The notes: generated from the sequence alone by a model not told the origin. A stretch of 64,000 nt of DNA from Octopus bimaculoides (GCF_001194135.2 NC_068985.1:20675067-20739066), one strand, 5' to 3'. Shown: positions 11,340 to 24,413, counted from the first letter of the stretch. Numbers and translations: made by a program.

Positions 11340-14300
11340 CTCGTTAGTTCTTCCATTGTATATGACTTTCTGTAGTTGAGATTTACAATGGTCTATGGCA
11401 GTTTGTCCTTTTATACTTGGTAATATAAAATATTTAACGAGTCCTCTGTAGTTGTCCATAAGAATGAGAAACTAAAAGTTTTTGTACTTAAATCTTTCCA
11501 ACAACTGATCATGGCAATTCCACAACTGGCACTAATTCAGGCATCTTCTTTTGCTGGCTTCTATGGTTCCACAAACAAGTATCACATTTGCCAAACAGTT
11601 CAAAGCAATTTGTTAGCATCCCAAGCCAGTACAGCAATTTTTATGCTTTCTTTTAGCCCAGGGAACAACCTAGACATTATTTGTGTACAAATTAAGCATT
11701 TAGCATCTCATTGCACATGGAACAACTTTGTGGCCATTAAATAGTATGCCCTGGATATTTAATAACTCAGCCTTGTAGTTTCAGAAACTCCCAGTAGCAT
11801 TTTTAGAAATGTTCTAGAACTTGTATTAATTCATCCAGTTAACGATCATCAATTTTCTCAGCTTTCAGTTCACCGAGTCTTGTATTACTCATCTGAAGTT
11901 TTGTTAACAAACATATCAACTTCTTAGATCAGAGAGAGATGTGTTTAATGATAGAGAGACCAATTATGCATTGCATGATCAAGTGAAGCAGCAATTTCTG
12001 AGCCTTCCCCTTTTACATATTTTATTCTTCATAATTCCAGAGTCTATATATCATATTCTACAAGAACATAACTAAGAACTGACTTGTAAAGGAGTTTGCT
12101 CTGGATGCTTATCAACAGTTTATGAGTTGTCTCTGCTAATGATATAACACATACACATAATTATGAAAGTGTTCAGCTCCAAAACCTACCACTCTTGGAT
12201 TTAATCCATTTGAATCCAATTTTGTTCAGAGTCCTCTAGGATCAGTAAAGCATGAATAGTTGTGATTTTTGGTGGATCAAGTTTTACCCCTTCTTTGGTT
12301 AGTTTCTTTCAAATATTTTATTTGATCAACATATAACTGAATTTTCCATCGATTCAGTTTTAAACTTCTGTTGCCACATTGTTATAAAATAGCTTCTTAA
12401 TGTGTTCACAATGTCTGTCTCGAATCAGAGAGCACAGATAAAACATCCTTAAACACATAGTTGTCAGTGAAACCTTTAAAGAAAGTGTTATAGTAGCTTG
12501 GAACATCCCAGGAGCTGATTTCATTCGAAAAGGAATCTGTTGAAAGTAAATCTGCTTATGAGACAGTTGAATGTGGTTAGTTTGCTGCTCTTTGGTTAAC
12601 TTTATTTGCCAGATGCCTTTCTAAACATACATTGTGAAACACTCAACAGGTGGCATTCTAGTAAGTAGTGGTTTTGATTGTAGATAGAAGATAGTGAGAT
12701 AGTGTGCATGTCTAATAGTATTATTCAGATCTGTAAGATCAATACACATGCACACAGTGTAGTCTGTGTGTGTTTGGTTTTTTTTTTTATGGTTACCAGG
12801 TGGTTATTGACTCAATCAGGTAACGCTTCAGTTTAGTATAGAATACCATTTGTCTCTCGGAAGTTTTAATTCTTCTGTTCCAGTTTCCTTCAGTGCTTCT
12901 AGAATCCCTGTTGCCTTTTTTTGGAAGATGTACAAATGGTGCCAGTTTGGATCTACATTGATTGTATGTTCACATTCAAGAACATCAAAGCTTTCAAAAA
13001 CATCTGTAAACTTTTCTAGCACAATTACTGTTTGTAAGTTCATCATCTCAGTAAACTAACCCAAAATGCATACAATCATCACTTCCAATTATTGGTTTCC
13101 TAAAAAAAGGTAAGCACTATGAAATGCCTAGAAATAGTGGGGTCTCAGTAAGTAAGACTGGTGATTATTTCTCTTATAGGATGAAAAGGATGTTCTGTTT
13201 CTTTTCTATTAATGACAACATCTGATAACTGATCACCAACAGCCAATGGCAATGCATTGCATTGTGTGCCAGTGTCAAACAGTATCATGTTTATTTCCTT
13301 GACAATGTACAAACCCATGGAAATATACTATTATCTAATATGCATCCATTTCCTTAGAATAATTATATAATTTAGTTTCATATTTTTCTGTTGGTGGAGT
13401 GACCATTTTAGAATCGCATGGTTTTGTAAAATGGCTTGAGTTGCCACTTTCATGTGTCAATCAAAACTCAATGCAAAATTTGTGATGACCACTGCACATT
13501 TTGCATTGTTGTAATTTCTGTTCAATTTTGGTTTTAGAATATTTGTGAGCACATGCAACATAACCTTTATGTGATTCTCTATTGTCTTCCTCAGCTCTTC
13601 AGACAGTGGCTACAGCTTTAGTCAGGTCAAAATAGCTACTAGTTTCCTTGTATTAATAGGCTGACAAATAGACTTTAGACCAATACATGCACACCAAACT
13701 GTTGTTTAAAGTCATTTAACTCACATATTTGTGCTGTATTTTCACAGTTCAAATATTCATCACTCTCCAACAAGACACCCTCTGCTTGTCTTTTTAACCT
13801 CTCAACATCTGGCATAAAGCCACCTTCCCCTCTCAAATGCACCCTTGCAACTTAGTCAAGGGGCATTTTCCTTGTCCCTGTTCTTTTTCTGTCATGCAAG
13901 TTTGTTGACAATCTCACCATTTCTAATGACATGACAAAAGCACCCAGCACATACTGTAAATTGTTTGATGTTATGAGGGGTATCTAGCTGTAAAAACCAT
14001 GCCAAAGTTAATATTGTGGCTAAACAGAGCCCTGCAGTTTGCCAGATCAGTTAAACTATGTAACTCACACCAGTATGGAAATAGACGTTAAATATTGATG
14101 GTGATCAATTCTACCATTTCTTTTTGTAATGTCTGCTAGCAAGCAACTTGTCTCTATCATTACACAGATTAACTCCGGATATGTAGAAATTGTTCAATAT
14201 TTTCTTTGACATCTTCATTTGAATCTTTACTGGAGACTTCTTCATATGCATGATTCAGATAAATCTCTACTTCATTCACTAGCAGTTACATAGTAACAAT

Positions 14301-14420
14301 GAAACTTTGATCTTATCAGCTGAATCATCCTTCTCAAAAGCTATCAAAAGCTGTTTAAAATCTTCCTTGAACAGATATTATTCTGTGCTAAGAATTGAGA
14401 TTCAGTTGTTTAGCATATTT
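11340..14420 (-). mobile_element. Decayed Ty3/gypsy LTR retrotransposon internal region (gag-PR-RT-RNaseH-IN), LTRs not found
   Basis: Co-linear frameshifted motifs on minus: gag DKIKVSLLL (~14300), DLTKAVATV.RAEE, knuckle CKMCSGHH..SHFTKPC; protease ILFDTGTQCNALP (~13270); EKFTDVFESFDVLECEHTINVDP; RT CIDLTDLNNTIRHAHY, WQIKL, PFRMKSAPGMFQ, TKEGVKLDPPKI; RNaseH VVGFGAEHFHNYVY, YVKGEGSEIAASLDHA; integrase NYKAELLNIQGILFNGHK, FLILMDNYRGLVKYFILPSIKGQTAIDHCKSQ. Confidence 0.85.
13815..14105 (+). mobile_element. Old family A element inserted into gypsy gag
   Basis: ACAAAAGCACCCAGCACATACTGTAAA..GAGGGGTATCTAGCTGTAAAAACCATGCC..CACCAGTATGGAAATAGACGTTAAATATTGATG; gag homology resumes on both sides. Confidence 0.65.
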
Positions 14421-15039
14421 AGTCAAAAAGCAAAATCACTCAGTAATTCAATTAAAGTCCCTTAGCAACTTACCTATCCATCATGTCTCAAGTAAACAAA
14501 TATGGTCAGCAGAGCACTGCCAGAGTATGACAAACATTGATAAAGTCAATAATCCTAATACTGCTACGTTATAATGATCTACGTTAGTTCATTAACACAA
14601 ATCAAGTAGCATACCAGACAATAATAAAAAGTAGCCATAGTCACAGGCATGGCTGTGTGTTTAAGTTCGCTCCCCATCTACATGGTTTCAGGTCCAGTCC
14701 TAGAGCATGGCACCTTGGGCATGCATTTTCTTCTATAGACTCAGGCTAACCAAAACTTTGTGGGTATATTGAGAGAAGCCCATCATACATATATGCATGT
14801 GCATGAGGTGAGGTTGTGCTTCCTTGTCTTGACATCCCAAGATTTACTATTTACAAACAGTATTCTTTATTCTCGTTCTTCCATGAAATCTTGTCTGATC
14901 ATAAAGAAGTTTTACTTTACATAGAAACAGGTGAGAATTGGTGACAGAAATCATTCAACCATAAAATAGTAATCTCAACGAATTCTGTCTGATCCATACA
15001 AGCATAGAAAAGTAAATAATAATGTTGATGATTATGATG

Positions 15040-15295
15040 ATGGTGACATCACTTGCCTACTGTCCAGCAAGACACTTTATTTCATGTTGCTTCTGTTCAC
15101 TCCTCGGTGGAAATAAGTTGCAATGTCACTGGTGCTGTGCTGTATCAGCCTTTGCTTTTCCCGTGGATAACCTCAGTGGCTGGTATGCATGGGTGACTGC
15201 TGATCTGCCATAAACAACCTTGCCTGGATTTGTGCCTTGGAGGGAAACTTTCTAGGTGCAATCCCATGGTCACTCATGACAAAAGAGGGTCCTTA
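15040..15295 (+). mobile_element. SINE family D (central domain plus RTE-like tail), 5'-truncated
   Basis: CAAGACACTTTATTTCATGTTGC..AAACAACCTTGCCTGGATTTGTGCCTTGGAGGGAAACTTTCTAGGTGCAATCCCATGGTCA; homologous to 21478-21822. Confidence 0.75.
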
Positions 15296-15326
15296 CACTT
15301 TATATACAAGGGAAGACAAATCTTAC

Positions 15327-15385
15327 TACAACTGGTTGCAAAAACAAGTGTTCCAAAATCTATTAATGTTGTCAGTATGTGATTA
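15327..15385 (-). CDS. Candidate 59-nt coding exon (NHILTTLIDFGTLVFATSC)
   Basis: Pyrimidine-rich acceptor TTTTCTTATTTATATTTGTTCTAAG| and donor A|GTAAGA; phase 2 to 1, compatible with 15674-15734. Confidence 0.3.
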
Positions 15386-15673
15386 CTTAGAACAAATATA
15401 AATAAGAAAACTGTCTGAGCGTGTTAATATGCATCTACATCTTTACACATATTTATAATTAGTAAACATACATATACTCATACATAAATGGATGTAATTA
15501 CACACAAATATAACACATACTCATGAACACATATAAAACATACATATCAGCATAAAGAAAAGACAAATATTAATATATGTCTGTTTACATACATATATGC
15601 TGTTCATCAACCTGTATGCATGCAAGCCCAATGAAATAATCTATCAAACCCAACGAACATATTAGCCACTTAC

Positions 15674-15734
15674 AGCAGCCAGTAATTATATATTCGTATG
15701 TTAGACTTTGATATCAGTTCCATAACAAAACCAT
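15674..15734 (-). CDS. Candidate 61-nt coding exon (GFVMELISKSNIRIYNYWL)
   Basis: Acceptor TTTGTTACAATTACAG| and consensus donor CT|GTAAGT; single open frame, phase 1 to 2. Confidence 0.4.
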
Positions 15735-16436
15735 CTGTAATTGTAACAAACAGATGTTTTAGATATCATGTCTGTAAGGAGTACAACTATAGTTAGCTGT
15801 TTGTTTACTTACTCCATTTTGTAGAGACTAGTATTTCTTTTACATTTTTTTTTTTTCTTTTTATATGTATTTTTCTGAAGATAATTCTACTCTCTGCTAG
15901 ATATAAAATTTGGTTAAGAATCAAAAAGAAAGTCAGCTATTATTCATTTTTTGAAGGAAATTCTAAAGATGTACAGTGGTTATAAACTGGAGGTACTACA
16001 TATTCAGATCTTTCAGTCGTGGATTTAAACTATTTAAACAGCAACAATTTATGTTTTCAGGTATGAGTCATTGCTCATTTTCTGTTAACAAACCTGAAAT
16101 ATAATTTCTATTCCTACTCCAAGGTTGACTAGTTGGTATTAGTAAGTTAGCCACATGCTTATACACATTGTAATATATCTAAATATACATTCATATATAG
16201 TTATATATACATGTATGTATATATATATCGTTAAGTACTCCTTCTTGTTGACCCAATCTTATTCAATTTTATTTTCACACATGAAGAATGCCTAAACCTA
16301 GACATGGAAGTATACCGTAATACTACCGGCTATTTAGTAATTCTAAGAGTGAACAAGCCCTATTTTGTACTCTGCTACTTTCCTAATGGAATACACCTTA
16401 AATATATATGTATATATAGAAATATTATATATGTGT

Positions 16437-16586
16437 GTGCATGGCTGTGTGATAGGAAGTTTGCTTCCCAATTACATGGTTCTAAGTTCAGTCCCACTGT
16501 GTGGCACTTGAGCAAGTGTCTTCTACTATAGCCTCGGGCTGACCAAAGCCTTGTGAGTGGATTTGGTAGAAGGAAACGAAAGAAGC

Positions 16587-16618
<32 letters not shown>

Positions 16619-16850
16619 CATGTCTGTGTCTTTGTGTCTGTTTGTCCCTCCATCACCATTGACAATGGGGTTGGTGTGTTTATGTCCCTGTAATTTAGCA
16701 GTTCAACAAAAGAGTCTAATACAATAAGTACTATGCTTACAAAGAATAGAATAGACCCTGGGATCAATTTGTTTGACTAAAAACCCTTCATGGTGGTGCT
16801 CCAGCATGGTTGCAGTCAAATGACTGAAACAAGTAAACAAAATCAAAGAA
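16437..16850 (+). mobile_element. SINE family B, full length
   Basis: ATGGCTGTGTGATAGGAAGTTTGCTTCCC..GTTCAGTCCCACTGTGTGGCACTTG..(TA)n..TTTGTCCC..GCTCCAGCATGG..GACTGAAACAAGTAAA. Confidence 0.8.
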
Positions 16851-17669
16851 TATAATATTATATATATATATTTATATATGTACATACACCATGATAAAAT
16901 GGAAGATGGACAGGCGGTTGTTAATGGCACCAATGCATTTATAAATAATAAACTGTACTAATATATATATATNNNNNNNNNNNNNNNNNNNNNNNNNNNN
17001 NNNNNNNNNNNNNNNNNNNNNNNNNNNNNNNNNNNNNNNNNNNNNNNNNNNNNNNNNNNNNNNNNNNNNNNNNNNNNNNNNNNNNNNNNNNNNNNNNNNN
17101 NNNNNNNNNNNNNNNNNNNNNNNNNNNNNNNNNNNNNNNNNNNNNNNNNNNNNNNNNNNNNNNNNNNNNNNNNNNNNNNNNNNNNNNNNNNNNNNNNNNN
17201 NNNNNNNNNNNNNNNNNNNNNNNNNNNNNNNNNNNNNNNNNNNNNNNNNNNNNNNNNNNNNNNNNNNNNNNNNNNNNNNNNNNNNNNNNNNNNNNNNNNN
17301 NNNNNNNNNNNNNNNNNNNNNNNNNNNNNNNNNNNNNNNNNNNNNNNNNNNNNNNNNNNNNNNNNNNNNNNNNNNNNNNNNNNNNNNNNNNNNNNNNNNN
17401 NNNNNNNNNNNNNNNNNNNNNNNNNNNNNNNNNNNNNNNNNNNNNNNNNNNNNNNNNNNNNNNNNNNNNNNNNNNNNNNNNNNNNNNNNNNNNNNNNNNN
17501 NNNNNNNNNNNNNNNNNNNNNNNNNNNNNNNNNNNNNNNNNNNNNNNNNNNNNNNNNNNNNNNNNNNNNNNNNNNNNNNNNNNNNNNNNNNNNNNNNNNN
17601 NNNNNNNNNNNNNNNNNNNNNNNNNNNNNNNNNNNNNNNNNNNNNNNNNNNNNNNNNNNNNNNNNNNNN

Positions 17670-17698
<29 letters not shown>

Positions 17699-17700
<2 letters not shown>

Positions 17701-17865
17701 GGCACAGAAGTGGCTGTGTGGTAAGAAGCTATCTTCCAAACCATATTGTTCCAGGTTCAGTCCCACTGCATGACACCTTGGGCAAGTGTCTTCTACTATA
17801 GCCTCACATCAACCAAAGCCTTGTGAGTAGATTTGGTAGACAGAAACTGATAGAAGCACATCGTA
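17699..17865 (+). mobile_element. SINE family B, 5' module
   Basis: GGCACAGAAGTGGCTGTGTGGTAAGAAGC..GGTTCAGTCCCACTG..GATTTGGTAGACAGAAACTG. Confidence 0.75.
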
Positions 17866-17869
17866 TATA

Positions 17870-18405
17870 CAGGTTTTGGTGAATACATTCTCGTCTAAAT
17901 TATGCAGAAATGAAAATAACACTGACATCTCATTTTAACAGATATATTTGCCAAAATTACATTAAAATATCTTGAAATACTAAAGGATAAATTTATTTAA
18001 TAAAATTGCCATTGGCTTTAATCACAGCCTCCAGACAACTTCAGAATCTCCTGCAAATCTTCTGGATGGTCTCCTTGTTTAAGTTGGTGAATAATCCTTG
18101 CCTTCAGTTCATCTGTGGTGTTACATGGAACTTTGTTGGTCTATTGCTCAACTGTGCCCCACACATAATAATCAAGAGGGTTGCAGTCTAGGGAGTTTGG
18201 TGGCCAAATTTTAGAGGTGATGTGGTCGCAGAAATTGTCTGACAACCATGACTGAGTTCTCCTGCTTGTGTGGCATGGTGCAGAATCCTGTTGCCAGACA
18301 TAGGTTCTTCCAGCAGCCCCCCTCTTAACCCAGGGTAGCACTACCTCCTTCAGGCACTTGATGTATGCCTTTATGTTGAGTTTGAGGCCATGTGGGAAGA
18401 TGAAA
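17870..18405 (-). mobile_element. Tc1/mariner DD37D (maT-type) transposon, 3' fragment with one TIR
   Basis: Minus: YVWQQDSAPCHTSRRTQSWLSDNFCDHITSKIWPPNSLDCNPLDYYVWG; 37 residues between catalytic D2 and D3; element end TA|CAGGTTTTGG at 17868-17879. Confidence 0.88.
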
Positions 18406-20071
18406 TTCTAGAAATTACTAATACTTTACACATGTATTTATATATTATCTGAACTGTTTAAAATAAATAAATAGACATGATATAATGTCTAACAGCTGGC
18501 GAATACTACCTCTGGATTCCCTCCATTTTATNNNNNNNNNNNNNNNNNNNNNNNNNNNNNNNNNNNNNNNNNNNNNNNNNNNNNNNNNNNNNNNNNNNNN
18601 NNNNNNNNNNNNNNNNNNNNNNNNNNNNNNNNNNNNNNNNNNNNNNNNNNNNNNNNNNNNNNNNNNNNNNNNNNNNNNNNNNNNNNNNNNNNNNNNNNNN
18701 NNNNNNNNNNNNNNNNNNNNNNNNNNNNNNNNNNNNNNNNNNNNNNNNNNNNNNNNNNNNNNNNNNNNNNNNNNNNNNNNNNNNNNNNNNNNNNNNNNNN
18801 NNNNACCACTTTCTACACTAATAGGACAATATGAGTATGAATTCCTGAGAATGGTAGAATTGATCTTTTTCCCAAATATTAAATATCTATACCCAATAAG
18901 TAAATAATTAGCTCTGCATAACTACAAATAAAATCTTTCAACTGCAAAATACTATTAACACAAATCAAATTTTAACCCTTTCGATACCAACAAAGCTCAT
19001 GTTGCCATTCGTTCAAAATTACAATCTTCCTCTTTTAAAGTGATCTAAATTAAAACCTTCAATCAAAATGTGTTCAATTATATTCCAAATGCCAGCATCA
19101 CCATCATCATTTAATGTCCACTTTTCCATGCTTGGCCACACAGAATTTGTCAAGATAGATTTTCTATGGCTGGATGCCCTTGCTGTCACCAACCCTTACC
19201 TGTTTCCAAGCAAGATAACATTTTCCCATAACCAGACATATATTTTTTTTCATGGAAGACTGAAAACAAATAAGCCTGATTGTATTACAAAGGAGCTCAT
19301 ATACAACTATCATGTGATACACCAACACACAAGGTGACGTCTTTCAGTTTCCTTCTTCCAAATTCATTCACAAGGTATTGATTTGTAGGAGCTATAGAAG
19401 ACACTTGTCCTAGGTGCTGTGCAATGAGACTGACTGAAGCTATGACCACAAGGTTAAAAAGCAATCTTCTTAACCACATAACTATGCCTATGTCTATAAC
19501 CACACCAATTAACTGAGACGAAAGTTGTGTATTTTAGCAGAAATATCATAACAGAAGGGTTAAAGAAAGAAGAAATATAAGTGTGATAGCCTAACATATC
19601 AACTTTTTACAACATTACCACTCTAACAGTAAAATTAATTCTGTGCACTTAAATGCCAACCAATCACAATACAGCAGCTATTTCTTAATCCAATTCAAAA
19701 CTCTTTATACCTTCCCACACAAGCTCTGTAAGTAACTAGAAGTGATTCTCATTAGTTTTATCTATCAATATTTCACCCACTCACTCATCAATACAGTAGA
19801 GCTTAATCTACTATAATTCCAATACTTTGAAGATGGCTAGTCTACGAAACTGAAAGATTTGTGCACATTTCTTCTTTTTTATCTTAACATGGCAAAATAT
19901 AGCGCACTCTCTTTCTCTAGATTAACTTGTCTAGCAACATAGCACTCTCTTTCTAGACTAAACTGATTTACTTTGAAATAGTATAAATAGCTGGGCATTA
20001 CATTGGGGCATAGAATGTTCATTCTTCTTTTTTTAGAAGAAGCATACATAAATGGAAAACTACACCTATAG

Positions 20072-20140
<69 letters not shown>

Positions 20141-20244
20141 CCTTCATAAACAAATATTGCAAACAATCAATCAGTTAATGGTTAACTGATTAACTAACTG
20201 ACGAATAATAATGGTTTCAAATAGTGACATAAGGTCAGCAATTT

Positions 20245-20380
20245 CAGGAAGTGGGTAAGTCAATTACATTGACCCCAGTACTTATTTTATCAATCCTGAA
20301 AGGATGAAAGGATAAAAGGCAAAGCCAACCTTGGTGGTACTTGAACTCAGAATGTAAAAACGGACAAAATGCTGCTCAAT
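20245..20380 (-). mobile_element. SINE family C, diverged
   Basis: ATTGACCCCAGTACTTATTTTATCAATCCTGAAAGGATGAAAG..TTGAACTCAGAATGTAAA. Confidence 0.65.
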
Positions 20381-20762
20381 TAACTAATGATTATGAAGTG
20401 AAATAGAACCAGTACATGTTGGCATAATGACCCTCCCAAAATACAACAAAATTTGTTTCAACATATGAGTTCACATCAAAAATCTTGCAAAACAAATACA
20501 AAAATGAAATATTTGTTTTGTAGTTAATACCTTTATGCAAACCATGCATCTATCTCTAGTTTCTATTTTACTTACCTCAACTTCTCCTAGACCTTAACCC
20601 AAAGGCACAAGCCATTAATATAATATTGAGGAGTACATTCCTACCAAGGAAAAATTCAGTGCCCTTAAGAATACACTTGTCTCTTTGCATGTGTGTATGT
20701 GTGTGTGCATGTGTGTGCGTGTGTTTGTGTATGTGTGTATGAGTGTGTGTGCGTGTGTGCGT

Positions 20763-20854
<92 letters not shown>

Positions 20855-20856
<2 letters not shown>

Positions 20857-21195
20857 CTTGAAGGGTTTTAGTCAAAGAAATTGACTCTAGTACTTATTCT
20901 AAGTATGTTACTTATTCTTTTGGTCACTTTCACCAAACTCTTAAGTTACAGGGATGTAAACGAACCAACAACAGTTGTCAAGTAATGGTAGGACAAACAG
21001 AGACACCAAAGCTTACACACACCCATATATATGATAGGCTTCCAAAAGTTTCCATCTTCCAGAATCATTCACGAGGCATTGGTTGGTCCAGGGTTATAGC
21101 AGAAGACATTTGCTCAAGATGCTGCACATTGGGACTGAACCCAAAATCAAATGATTACTAAGTGAACTTCTTAACTTCACAGCCATACCTGTGCA
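20855..21195 (-). mobile_element. SINE family B, diverged
   Basis: CTCTAGTACTTATTCT..AAGTTACAGGGATGTAAAC..TAGCAGAAGACATTTGCTCAAG..GGGACTGAACCC. Confidence 0.65.
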
Positions 21196-21477
21196 GTAAA
21201 AATCAATCCCTTTGCCATGTCCACCTGAGTAATGATTAATAGATTTGCTAATGAAAGACTATATTGTAAATGGCATAATTATTTACATCACACAACTCCA
21301 GAGTACATTTCTTGTACAGTGGTTGCTATTATATATTCTGTGGTTGTTGAAACTAGCAACTATAATGACAATAACATCATCAATTTATGATGTATACTGT
21401 ATAATGACCTCAGAGAACTGGTCTTTTGCTTATGGAGTATAAGGAGAGATCAAAAGTGCTGCCACATTGCTTATTTT

Positions 21478-21822
21478 TAAGGTAAAGACACCCTTCGGTC
21501 ATTAATGACAATGGGATTGCACCTAGAAAGTTCCCCTCCAAGGCACAAGTCCAGGCAAGGTTGTTAATGGAAGACCAGCAGTTGTCTATGCATGTCAGCC
21601 TCCCCTCTCCATGCCACTGATGTTGTCCACAAGAAAGGCAAAAGCCAATACAGCTTGGCACCTGTGATGCTGTAGCTCATTTCTACAGCTGAGCAAACTG
21701 GAGCAATGTGAAAATAAAGTGTCTTGCTCAAGAACACAACACATAGTCCAGTCTGGGAATCAAACTCATTACCACATGATTGTGAGCCCGATGCTCTAAC
21801 CACTGAGTCATGTGCCTTCACA
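21478..21822 (-). mobile_element. SINE family D, full length (tRNA head, central domain, RTE-like tail)
   Basis: Minus: GAAGGCACATGACTCAGTGGTTAGAGCATCGGGCTCACAATCATG..GAGTTTGATTCCC..GTGTTGTGTTCTTGAGCAAGACACTTTATTTCACATTGCTCCAGT..CTTTCTAGGTGCAATCCCATTGTCATT. Confidence 0.8.
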
Positions 21823-22358
21823 TGCTTATTAATTATCTGAGTTAAATCACTATACCACCTGTTCTTAGTACTTTGCTATATTTATTCATTTTGTAAAGTT
21901 AAGAAGCTTGCTTCCCAACCATGGATTCAGTGTTACCATGAAACACCTCGAAGAAGTATCTTTTTATTTAGGCCTTTTCTGACCAAAGCATTGTGAGTGG
22001 ATTTAGTAGATGGAAACTAAAAGAAACGCATGTACACCTGCATGTGTATGTATGATTTTTCTTTGAGTTTTATTTAAGTTTTCCTTGAGAGAGTTCAAGC
22101 CGGTTGCTAACAGAGCAACAAGACTTGAGTTGAGAGAGTTCTTGGTGTTTCTAAATATGTGAACTGAGTCAGTGTGTTGGTTGAATTGTTAATGCATACA
22201 CCCAAGTGTGTGTGTCTATTCACATATGTATGAATATATGTATATATGCATGCATGCATGCATATATACATGAATGTATGTATGCATGTGCATGTGTTTG
22301 TGTGTACCATGTTCTTGACATTGTGATGATTGTAAATGAGCATCACCATTGTAGAAAC

Positions 22359-22590
22359 AGCGAGCTAGCAGAAACGTTAGCATGCCTGGCAAAATGCTTA
22401 GCGGTATTTCGTCTGCCATTACGTTCTGAGCTCAAATTCCGCTGAGGTCGACTTTACCTTTCATCCTTTCGGGGTCGATAAATTAAGTACCAGTTACGTA
22501 CTGGGGTTGATGTAATCGACTTAATCCCTGTGTTTGTCCTTGTTTGTCCCCTCTATGTTTAGCCCCTTGTGGGCAATAAAGAAATAAGAA
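22359..22590 (+). mobile_element. SINE family C, full length, low divergence
   Basis: GCGAGCTAGCAGAAACGTTAGCATGCC..GGTCGACTTTACCTTTCATCCTTTCGGGGTCGATAAATTAAGTACCAG..GGGCAATAAAGAAATAAG. Confidence 0.85.
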
Positions 22591-23634
22591 ACGTTGTTGT
22601 TTGTTTAGTCTTCCATGAGCATGTCTGAACATAGAGAAATATTACCTTACTTGGAATCAAATAAGGGTTGGTGACAGGAAGGGCACCTGGCCATGGAAAA
22701 TCTACCTCATTAAATTCCATCTGATCCATGCAAGCATGAAAACATCACCGTTAAAAGATGATGATGATAACGATTGATCGCTTGATTGATTGATTGATGG
22801 TATTTTGTACAGAAGGGTTTTACTGGCATCAGTAACTAAACACCATTTGCCTAGTTTGGTTTGTTTATGGTGAATCAACAGTGATGATGTCTCACATGTC
22901 ATTATGTTGTAGACACCATCTGTTAGCCTGTTTGCTGTCAGTTTAGTTATTTGGCTGACAATACCCTGCCATGATGCTAAACAATGACAATTAAGCAGAC
23001 AAAAAAAGACATATGCAATTAGTTACAAGCTGCTAGTTGTTGAAATTATGTTGCAACTGGGCAGCTGAGCAACAGTACAGACCTTCATCAACTGAAAAAT
23101 ACCTTGCAACTAGAAAAAGCCAGAGGTTCTTCATAAAATGTGAAAAAGAAACATTGATTTCATTATAAAGAAGCAGTGTTCTCACAAATGAAGGAATCCA
23201 AGGCAAGGGGAATGGCAGAAAAGGAAAATAGATCAACATGATGAGTCTGTCAGATCTTCATCTTGGTGATACCATTTTACAAAGTGTTATGATCTAAACA
23301 TGAGAGTAAATACCAGGATTATACAGAAATGCCTAAAGAATATGACTCATGGAGTTTTATGAACAGAAAGGAGAAAAATTCTGTAATCACTGCCAGGAAA
23401 GAAACAAATTATGAATAGGAAATATTGATGAAGTGCTGTTAATATCCAGTATTGATATCATGTAAAACTATTGTAAATGAAGGGGTAAAACAATGACCAT
23501 AAAAACGACTGGACATTAAGAAGCACCATTATACCATTGATTTGGTCTACTGTGCAAACAGCACAAAGCTTCTGTCTTTACCATTTTTTTTAATTATCCC
23601 ACCTTGTGTCATGTTTACATCTGTTAGAAAGGAA

Positions 23635-23850
23635 GCTGGCAGAATCATTAGCACACCAAGCAAAATGCTTAACAGCATTTCTACCACCTTTACATTCTGA
23701 GTTCAAATTCTGCCACGATTTGACTTTGCCTTTCCTTTTGGGGGTCGATAAAATAAGTACTAGTTCAACACTGGAATTGATGTGATCCTCTAATTTCCTC
23801 TTTCAAAACTGCTTGAACTTGCACCAAAAATCTGAAATCATTGTTATTAT
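23635..23850 (+). mobile_element. SINE family C, alternative tail
   Basis: AGCTGGCAGAATCATTAGCACACC..TTCTGAGTTCAAATTCTGCC..GGGGTCGATAAAATAAGTAC..CTGAAATCATT. Confidence 0.7.
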
Positions 23851-24382
23851 TAACTAAATATAGGGACTTCAGCAAGTCGTGGTACTTTCAAGAAGCATAT
23901 TTCATATGAGTCCTAATAGGCAAATGAGATATAAGTGGCACTTTCTCTCTCACACAATTTCTCCAAATATAATGAGACCATTGGTGCATGTCACTGACCT
24001 CCATAGAATGTAGTAAAGGATAATGGGTGCACAGATAGTCAGAACTTTGTAGTATTTCTAAAACACTTGCACAGATAATTGGAATGTAAAATGGAAAAAA
24101 AAACCCATGTTAACAATTCATAGAGAGTATGTCCAGCAGCACTGTACTAAGTGTCGTTAATGCTAAACTATTTTATCCCCAATTAGATATTTTTAGAAAA
24201 ATAAATCGTTAATAATATGCTGTTAAATCATCAAAAACATTTCTTTCTCCAAGATGTATCTTGCTAATTACAGGGTGTGTTTTATTGCATATAATTTCAT
24301 GAGTTAGGAAATAAGGCATATATGCTTATATATAAATATATTTGTGTATCTATATCTATATTTATTTATCTATCTATCTATA

Positions 24383-24413
<31 letters not shown>

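Noticed and set aside
14490-14620. LTR or primer-binding site for the gypsy element
   Set aside because: TGGTCAGCAGAGC is on the wrong strand and no matching direct repeat was found below 11340
20577-20640. Exon ending at strong donor GAG|GTAAGT (20576)
   Set aside because: All three frames from the best acceptor contain stops
23033-23239. ORF ending DEGLYCCSA as an Ig-domain exon
   Set aside because: Only the short DxGxYxC motif, followed by a stop with no donor; no other Ig strands
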